Part shown: positions 54,096-64,000 of the stretch, in pieces | Layout of the letters: every line of letters begins with the position of its first letter | How positions within the stretch are numbered: position 1 is the stretch's first letter | Source: Cycas panzhihuaensis | Lineage: Eukaryota; Plantae; Cycadophyta | Length of the DNA: 64,000 bases | Assembly: GCA_023213395.1 (NCBI GenBank) | Contig: CM041465.1 | Coordinates: 199,089,741-199,153,740, forward strand | Direction: 5' to 3' | Position numbers and translations under genes: made by a program | The notes under the pieces: generated by a model | The model's input: only the letters and a program-made list of their open reading frames with translations | Database searches by the model: none | What the model was told of the DNA's origin: nothing

Positions 54096-57000
54096 CATAG
54101 TCTGATACTAGTTCTAATGGATAAGTAAAATGAACAATGATATTTTCATACAAGAATTTCATGGTACTAATAGTCTCACAATGCTTGAGGGGTCAAGCTT
54201 CCATCCATTTTATGAATAAATCAATAGCCACTAATATGTATCTATCATTCATTTATTTTGTAGGAGAACTTATCGATCCAATGAACTCCAATCCCTATTT
54301 CTTAAAGGGTGCTTGCACTGTAATTAGATGTAAAGGTATAAAATGACATTTACTAGGTTTTCCCACTCGCTAGTAAACATTACAACTCTTTATCCATTTT
54401 GTAATGTCTTTAAATATTGATAGCTACCAAAGGCCTACTAATAGAATTTTTTAGATTATGGATTCCATGCCTTGATGTTTGGCTACAACTCCTTCATGAG
54501 CTTCTTGTAGAATGCCTTATACTTCATGTTCTAGTATACATCATCTCAGCATACCATCTAGACTAAGTATATATATCATTCCTCATATGAATTGGAAGGA
54601 AAATGTTTTATGAATAAAACTTTGCCTTTCCACATATTTTAATCCTTTAAGTGTTTGACCAGTAGCCAAATACTATGTAATTCCTTTGTACCATTTTGGT
54701 ATGGCCTCTACAAAAAATAGTTAAGCATTAGAGAAGTCATTTGGTATTCTCATAGTTGGTTCCCCATCTACTTCCCTTGATAATATATCAAGTACAATAT
54801 GTTTCTCTCCTTTCTTGACAATAATTTTAAAATTAAACTACTGAAATAACATCAATCATTTACTAATCCTACCCTGTAAAATGGGTTTGTTTATCAAATA
54901 TTTCAAGGCTTGATGATCCACATAGAAGATAAATGACTTGGTTGAATAGATAATATCTAAATTTTTATAAAGTGTAAACCATGCTTAACCCTTCTTGTTT
55001 AGTAACTGGATAATTTTACTCAATATGTATCAAATTTCTACTAGTGAAATGAATGGGAAAATCCATTTTACTGTCACTTAGTTGAGTTAAGATGCATCCA
55101 ATTATAATCAATGAAGCATCAACATATACGTGAAATGATCAATCCTAATCTGTAAATCTCAAAATGGGAGCTTTTGTGATTTTTTCTTTAATAAATTGAA
55201 TGCTAATTACTATTGTAATTCCCATCACCAAGTTGTTTTCTTCTTGAGAAAATTCTCTAAAAGGTTTATAATCTATATGTATCCTTTAATGAATTTATAG
55301 TAATAACTTGTTATGCTAAGAAAATCCTTTACCTGCTTCATTACCTTTGCCAGGTTCAAGTAGAGTTTACTTTTTTAACACATTTGTAGCATCAATCATA
55401 GGTTTGCCAAATGATCCTTTAACAATGAAGAAATTGTCTAATCGTCTAAAAATACTTCAATTAGCTTATTAATTACTTGCCAAAAATTATTTAGAATTAT
55501 CCTTTGAAAGGTGGTTTATGTATTCGTCAATGTAAAGGGCATAACTTTATGCACATAAGTTTCCCACTTCGTAAAAAAGGTCATCTTCAACTAGTCTTGT
55601 GCTATGATTCCAACTTGATTATATCCACTAAAATTATTTGTGAATGAATATATTTCATGTCCAGCTACCTTTTCAAGAATATCTTTAGTGAATGGTATTG
55701 GAAATGGATCCTTCTCCGTTGCTTTATTGAGGGATTTATAATCTACATAGGCACAATGTTTTCCATTCTTCTTGGGTACCACCACTACTGGACTTATCCA
55801 TTTACTAGTTTCAACTTCAAAGATATAGCCAACCTCCAATAGTTTATCTAATACAACTTTTACCTTTCCTTTATGCTTTGGACTTATTCAATAGGGGTGA
55901 TGTCATACAGGCTTTACTCCCTCTATCAATTCATTCCAATGTTCTCCTAATTCTAGCAGTATCCCTTTTAAATCTTGATAAGACCATGCAAAAATATCTC
56001 TATATTTTGAAAATAAAATTGTGGCTTTATCCCAATAATCTCCCATCGAAACCTCTAGGGTGCTCTTTTATGCCCAAATTTATTTGTTGAATTTTTAATT
56101 GTTCATTTTGCATTGTTCTACCATCTTCATTCAACACATATGCTGTTGTTTAATTGATTACTCAACTTCTATATTCTATACTAGAATATTCACTAGGAAA
56201 TCTATGGTCATTACTTACTACTTCAATTTGATAACAACTTTGCTCAACCTCAATCCCAAGGGTACTCAAAATTTTTGGAACTAGTGAATCCTAGTTATGG
56301 TATGTAAAAGTTTTATAAAACTCCTTATTGAGCAAATCCTAATTTGTCAACTTCATTTTTTCGCATTGATTATACCATAAACTCGAGATTCCTTTGAGGG
56401 TCTAAGCCTATTTTACACTCATTCACATCTTAGAACTTACTTTATTTTCTAGATTTGTTCATAATACTTTATATAAGCTGTGGGGTCATCATTATGTCAA
56501 AACATCGATAATTCATTTTCTTGTTTTTAAAATCTTAATAAAAAAAATTTACATAATTCATTCCATGATTTAAACTTACTACCATAAACAGAAAACCATA
56601 TAATAGACTGACCCTCAAGAGACAATGGAAACAACAAGTAACAAGAATCTTTGTGTTGTTTATCATTCATAATCAATTGAGTACAATACTCTATATGATT
56701 GTTTACTTAGTTTTCTTAGCCCTAGAATTTATTTCCATTCATAAAACTTTCTTTTAAGTTCTTTACAATTTCTTCTATTTGGAAAATTGCTATCATTATT
56801 TGAAATTACTTGATCTTTTGGTTCTAGAGGGTCTATACATACTTCCAGTTTGTATCATAGAGTGGATTCTATTTCACCCTAGGTATTTTGCAACCAATTC
56901 ATCATGTATACCAATAATGCACTACTTAGTAGAGTTGTTCTAACTGATATATAATTTCTAAACAAGGAATTATAGTGGGTTCCAATCCCATAGTTGTGGA

Positions 57001-59946
57001 TGATGCCCATTCCTCATCTACTATTTTCTCAATATAAGGCCCATCTAAGTATAGTGGTAGGGTCACAACTTTGTTTCTTACCTTTAATGTAAATGAGAAT
57101 TCACCCCAATCTTGAATATCCTTTATGGCTAATAGCCATGGTCTACCCAATAATACTGGATAAGTTCTCTTTTTATTTTACATTTTTACCATCATAAAAT
57201 TCAACAAAATAATGATCTTTACAACTGTGGTTAGTATATTCATCAATGTTCCCATTAGTCTAACCTGCAATTGGTTAACTAATCTTATTCAATAATCTGG
57301 GACAACTATTTTTAGCCTTTCTAATTCTATCAAAGAAGATTTATGGAGTACATTAACTCTTGACACCCCATCCATAATTGTTTTGCATAGCATTATCCTA
57401 AATATGACCATTGGTACCTTCGATTCAGCCCCCTTGTCTTTGACGACACTTATTATATATTTTTCTATCTAATCTAAAATTAATTGTTGGAAATAACTAG
57501 CCTCCCACTATTTAAATACAACAACAATGGGGATTAAGACTTCTAATTCAATTAATAAATCCTTAACCATTTGAAGCTTTTGCCATGGATTCGTATATTC
57601 TTTTGAATGGAGTTTTTCATGGGTTGATCATCGCTTATATGTTTGTCCCTTAAATTGCCCCTCATGATATGATTCTTCTTGTTGAGCTTCACCCATTACA
57701 TCTTACAAAATCTTGATAGCTTCTTGGAGTCTTTGTTTTTCTACTATTGGATCCAGAAAAGTGTCTTGAATAAGTGTTAAAGTTACTTGCCTACTTTTTA
57801 TTTGTAATTGAAGCGGCACCTCCTTATCTGGGATAATCGTGACTAAATTAGCATTTTTATGATTTATTTTTTATATGATTTATCCATTAATGATATGTTG
57901 ATCTATATTCTTCACAAATAAATTCACCATCTTTTTCTTCTAACAGGTAATCTGATCTAAAATGTTCCCAACTTTGACATAAAAAGTAATGGATTGGCTT
58001 TGTCTTTCCTTTATATTATTTTCCTAATCTCTCCATCTTCTATAAGAATACATTATGGACATTACTTTTGGATTGAGAAAAATGTTCCCACATATTATGG
58101 TTAGTTTTTCTATAATACTCACACCATATTATTTCTTTATTATATTCATTTCTTAGATGGCCTTATTGATTGCAAGGTGGAGGGCACCATATACTGTCTT
58201 ACAACTTTTCCAATTATAACCTAGCTAATTTAGCATATAATTTTTCTATTTCTTGATTCTGGTATATATTCGTATGTATTGATATTGGCAATTATCATTT
58301 TAATACTTCTACCTCTTTTTTTAATGCTTCAATCTCTAGATTTGTTCCCATCTGGGGTGTTTGATTGTATGCTCCCCATGTCTAGACTCATAATGATGGT
58401 AGAGGAAAGGCTAGACCCATTTGTACCATCTATTATATTGCCCATTAAGAGTATGTAGTCTTCATCTTATTTTTAAATTTTAGGGCTAATTCATATACTT
58501 GTTCATAATTATTCATTGGGTTCAACATGACTTTATCCCTTAATTATGGGATTAAGCCTTAGACAAAATATTTCATTGCCAACATCAGGTTAATTACTAT
58601 TATTGGTTTTATTTTGTTTATTATTATCCCCATTCGACCATCAAAATTATTTATAGACTCTCTAAGGTATTGCTTGATTTCCTCTAAGGCCTGAAAGATG
58701 GCCTGGGATCTCTTAATTTTTGGAATCAATCCAAAAATTAATCTTGCAACCTTTCCCATGATAAATTTTATGTTATAACATACTAGAACCATACAATTAT
58801 CACTCCTTGCGATGTAGAAAAAAATCAAGCTTTTATCTCCTCTAGGTTTGTGACTTTATTTTTAGCATATTTTTGAATAATGCTAAGTAGTCACCTAGCT
58901 ATGTGGATCCATCAAAATGTATGCTTAAAAATTTGAATCATTTTATATAATGATATAAGGTCCAACTAGTCCTACGCTACCCCCTTGGCCCATTTCACTT
59001 AATGGTTGATTACCACTTCCTTCTACATTGGTAAAAAATGACTGGTTTCACGATGGGCCTCTGCCCCCCAAGTTCTCCCCTAGTGGTGGGATTCTGCCTC
59101 TTGAACTCCTTCCAAGACTTACGATTATTGACTTAAAAAAGAGGATTTAAAATGTGACTCAAAGGGGTTTTGACTTCCAACTAATGATGGTTCCACTCCC
59201 TATCTGTTATACTATATAATTCTAATTCAATTGAACTACTTTTACCTTCTTGAGATGGTAAATATTCGATAAGTTCCTTCTCACATTTTCTCCTTTGGAC
59301 TTCTATTTCAATAGGATCCTCTTCCAATGTATACCCTTGGTTATCTATAGCTTATATCATCTTTTCTTTAATAGACTCTCCAATTATTTTTTCCTCTCTT
59401 TACCTTTTGCCTTCCACACTTGATTTTCTTCTTTGAATCGAGTTAGTAAATAGTCACCTCTTCACTTGGTTCTCTAGTGTGATTATAAATCTTGGCTTTC
59501 TTACTGTAGTCTATAGTCTATCCTTATCCTAACACTCTCTATGTTCTCCTTATGATTTTGTTTCTACCCTGGGTGGCATAGAAGATGACCTAATCATTTA
59601 CTTTTTGTTGTGTTAGATAATGTAACAATAATATTTTGGAGGCTAAAATTTTAATAGGTTGATAGCACGGTTTCTCCCCCAAACTTCCTTAGGGGGTTCC
59701 AAGAGGGGCGGTAGTCCCCCTTTGCTGGGGGGTATGGGGGGAGTTAGAACCTCGCCTTCGCCCCTCCCCCCAACAAAGAGGGGGTTCGAGGGTGATAGCC
59801 CCCGACCCAAAAAACTAGCATTGAAAAGCATACTAAATTGTAAAGAGAATCGGGGTCATTCACTCAAAATATCCTAGATCTTATGGTCAAGATTTATGTC
59901 TTATATGACTCTCTCATATAGCCTAATTTAGGGTGTTTTTTCATTA
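54096..59946 (-). mobile_element. Degenerate non-chromovirus Ty3/gypsy (gag-PR-RT-RH-INT), truncated in the INT core; probable 5' LTR piece at 59839-59946
   Basis: RT ORF 55591-55839 (WISPVVVVPKKNGK..VDYKSLNKAT.KDPFPIP); RH FHVYVDAS ~55110-55135; INT YILVAIDLFIKWMEA...LVSD 54100-54240; protease LLGRPWLL ~57130-57155; gag ~58000-58900. Confidence 0.85.
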
Positions 59947-62900
59947 TGTTGATGGTGTTCGATGTATTAGATGTAATGTACAGTGTTGGGCAACTAGTTG
60001 TTGTTGTTGCGAGTATTCTACTATAGATTATATATATTTCTCCATTCTTTCATAATATAGATCGATACCTTGCCTATGTAGATATTTCCCTAGTATACTA
60101 CTAGGGTTTTACCATGTTATATCAGGTGTATATGTGATGCTTTGGCTTTCTAATTTATTTTATTGTATTATCTCTGGTTTAAGAACTTGCACGTTAAATT
60201 TCAGTTTCGATTCTTGTAACTAGTTGCAAAATAGTTTAGATCTTGGTGGTGGTTTCAAGTTATTGGTACTTTTTCTTCTCAACAAGTGGTATCAGAGCCA
60301 CTTTTAATTTTGTAACGAGATTGTGAAGGTTTTGGTATCATCTTTTTCTACACCACATGGAAAAACTGGTGAATGCAAAGTTTGAGGTGGAGAAATTCAA
60401 TGGCAAGAATAACTTTGAGTTGTGGAAGTTAAAAGCATATGACATTCTAGTACAACAAGGTTTGTACATAGCTCTTGTAGGTAAATCAAAGAAACCTGCA
60501 GGGATGGACTATGATGAATGGGATGATCTAGACAAAAGGGCTCTTAGCACAATACGATTGTGCTTGGCAGATGAAGTTCTATTTAACATTATAAGGGAGC
60601 AAATAGTAGTAGGATTATGGACCTGGTTAGAAGGCTTGTATATGACCAAATCAGTGATGAATCAAATCTACTTAAAAAGCTAATTATACTCATTACGAAT
60701 AAAGGAAGGTACAAAAATTACTGATCATTTGAATATTTTCAGTACTCTTATTTGTCAGTTGGCTAGTATCGATGTCACGATTGAGGATGAGGATAAGGTT
60801 GTTACCTTGTTATATTCATTACCAGAATCCTAGGATAATATTATCACCTCAATTAGTTTTGCCACTATAGATGAATTAGATTATGATTCTATTGTGAGTT
60901 CTTTGCTAATGGAAGAAATGAGGAGGAAGTTTAGTCTTGAAACCTCCACACTAGAAGCTTTGATAGCAAGGGGTAAAACAATTGAGAGGAGATAAAGCTT
61001 TAGGGACACATCAAGGTCAAAGTCAGAAGGCAAGAAGAGTAAGCTTAGATGTTGGCACTATAATAAGATAGGCCACCTTAAGAAGGATTGCTACAAAAGG
61101 AAGGAGTTCCAGAGAAAGGAAGATCCTGCTAAGGAGGCTAATCAGGCGGAGTCAAATCAAGGTACAAATGATGATGTCTTGGTTACTTATAATGTTTCCC
61201 ATTATCATCATGATTGTTTATTAGATCCAAGTGCTTCACATCACACGTGTCCACACAAGAGTTTGTTTTCATCATACCAACCCCTTAATGATGATGATGT
61301 GCTTATGGGAAATGAAGTTTCTTGTAAGACAGTGGGCATTGGTAGCATCAGAATTAAAATGTTTAATAGTGTAATGAGAATATTAACTGAAGTTAGACAT
61401 GTACCTAATCTGAAAAAGAATTTGATTTCCTTGGGTGAACTAGATTCTTGTGGTTATAAGTACACAAGTCATGAAGGAGTCTTAAAGGTGTCAAAGGGCA
61501 CCTTAGTTGTTATGAAAGACTTAAAGAAAGGAAACCTTTATATTTTAATGGGAAGTATAGATGTCAGCTATGCAGTTACATCATCAAAGAGTATAGAAGG
61601 TTCAGCTCAGTTGTGGCATCAGAGACTTGGGCATATAAGTGAGAGAGGACTTAAGGTGCTGATGAACCATAAGTTACTTCCTAACTTACAACTTTCAGAT
61701 TTGGCTTTTTGAAAACATTATATTTTTAGAAAGCAGTATAGACTCAAGTTTAAAGTAGGGAGTCACACTAGTAAAGATGTTTTGGATTACATAAATTTAG
61801 ATGTGTGGGGACCAGCCCCTATAATATATTATGGAGGATCATTATACTTTGTCACATTTATAGATGATTACTCCAGAAAGGTATGGGTCTACTTTTTCAA
61901 AAAGAAATCTGAAGTTTTCAGTGTATTTAAGTAGTTCAAGGCTCTAGTTGAGAAGAGCATTTATAGGTCAATCAAATATTTAAGAATTGACAATGGATGT
62001 GAGTTCAATTGCTTAGAGTTTGAGAACTATTATAGAGAAGTTGGGATTGAAAGGCATAAGACCACTAGCTATACTCTACAACAAAATGGCATAGCTGAGT
62101 GCATGAATATGACACTCTTGAAAAGAGCAAGAAGCATGCTAAATAATGCAAGAGTGTAGTAAGGATTATGGGTAGAAGCTATACAAACAACTTGCTATTT
62201 GGTAAATAGGTCACCATCACTTGTAATAGACTATAAGATTCTTAAAGAGGTATGGACTGGACATCCATATGACTATTTAAATTTGAAAGTTTTTGGTTGT
62301 GATGCTTATACCTTAACTGATAAAAGTCAACGTTCAAAGTTAGACCCAAAATCCAAGAAATATGTCTTTGTTGGTTATGGTGATAAAGATGGTATGAAGG
62401 GATACAAGTTATGGGATCCTACTACCCATATAATCACTATTAACAGAGATGTTGTATTTGATAAATCTCCCTTTCTAAAATTAGATAGTATAGAAGTTAA
62501 AGTGAAATATGATCAAAAAGTTGAACATTAACAGGTTAAGCTTAAGACCTAACCATCTTTGGAAATAGAAGAGTAGGAAGATCTTTCTGAAGATGAATCT
62601 ACAACAGATTTATAGGAGTATGTGGACACTCCTCCACCAACTATTAGAAGATCTACACGAATTAGTCATCCACTTAACAAGTATAACCCTTCTATTTCTA
62701 TTGCTTTGGTTTTTAATGATGATGAGCCTACATGCTATTAAGAAGCAGTGGATGATATCCATAGTGAGAAGTGGAAGAGGGCTATATAAGAAGAGATAGA
62801 TGCTTTGAAGAAAAATAATTCATGGGACTTGGTATAACCTCCACATGGTAAGAAGCTTGTTGGTTGTAGGTGGGTTTTGAAGAAGAAAATAGATGTTGAT

Positions 62901-64000
62901 AGAAAGGTTGATAAATACAAGGTAAGACTTGTGGCTAAAGGCTTTGCATAGAAAGTAGGTATTGACTTTCATGAGATCTTCTCACCAGTTACCAAACTTA
63001 TTTCAATTTGAGTTTTGTTAGCATTGGTAGCTTCTCTTGATTCAGAGTTGGAGTAATTAGATGTAAAAATAGCTTTTTTACATGGAGATTTAGATGAGGA
63101 GATCTATATGGATCAGTTATAAGGGTTTGTACAAGATGGCAGGAAAGGACTTATTTGTAGGCTCATGAAATCATTGTATGGCCTAAAGCAATCTCTCAGG
63201 TAATGGTATAAGAAGTTTGATGCCTTCATAGAGAGCCAAAACTTTAAAAGAAGTGAGTATAATCATTGTGTTTACTTTAAATTCTTAGATAATGGCTTAT
63301 TCATTATCTTGGTATTGTATGTTGATGACATGCTAGTTGTAAGCAAGAGCATGGTAGAAATTAATAAATTAAGGCTCAATTGACTAAGACTTTTGATATG
63401 AAGGATCTAGGAGCTGTAAAATAAATCATAGGTATAGAGATACATAGAGACAGGAAAAATGGTAAGCTATGGTTATCACAACAAAAATATGTAGAGAAGG
63501 CACTAACCAGGTTTGGTATGGTAAATATGAAACCAATGAGTATCTCATTGGCTTCCCATTTCAATCTTTCTTCAAGTATGAGTCCTAGTAATAAAGAAGA
63601 AAAGGATTATATGTCTCGTATACCTTATGCCAGTGTAGTAGGAAGTTTGATGTATACTATGATATGTACAAGACCTGATATTTCACATGCAATTAGTGTA
63701 GTTAGCACATTTATGGCAAATCTAGGAAAGGTACATTGGCAAGCAGTGAAATGGGTGCTTCGATATTTGAGAGGCACAAGTGATTATTGCATCACCTTTG
63801 GAGGTACAGGTAATCAGGTTTGTGGATATATTGATTTAGACTTTGTAGGAGATTTAGATAAGCAAAGGTCTACTTCAGGTTATGTATTTACTCTTGCAAA
63901 TGGTCTAGTTAGTTAGATGTCAAAATTGTATAGCACAATTACATTATTGACTACAGAAGTTGAATATATTACTATAACACATGCTTGTAAAGAAGCAATC
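59947..64000 (+). mobile_element. Ty1/copia element (Tork/Tnt1-like), degenerate, runs off the window end
   Basis: LTR TGTTGA (59947)...TCAACA (60284); perfect PBS tggtatcagagcc 60287-60299; gag MEKLVNAKFEVEKFNGKNNFELWK at 60357; CWHYNKIGHLKKDC; LLDPSASHH; LWHQRLGH; LYVDDML; RSTSGYVF. Confidence 0.93.

Noticed and set aside
59643-59877. Gly/Pro-rich ORFs on both strands
   Set aside because: By-product of the GC-rich hairpin region

Overview
AT-rich seed-plant nuclear DNA, probably gymnosperm (inferred from the TE families and the heavy C>T decay). Most of the window is nested, heavily deaminated LTR retrotransposon sequence. It includes three large Ty1/copia copies plus shorter copia fragments, a complete chromovirus with a TSD (9400-15360), a Tat/Ogre-like gag-PR-only element (41676-~54095) and further gypsy remnants. 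The only host gene is a clade IV SWEET (SWEET16/17-like) at 20771-22075, in a CpG-retaining island. Its six exons splice into one open 205-aa frame, but exons 3, 4 and 5 each carry an in-frame deletion (135, 27 and 3 bp). The most unusual structure is inside the Tat-like element. RT, RH and INT are missing, and in their place is an antisense, intron-containing Plant Mobile Domain plus coiled-coil gene, head-to-head with a stand-alone archaeal-type RNase H. A ~30-nt motif recurs downstream of the RNase H in two diverged elements. All calls are by eye; no searches were run.
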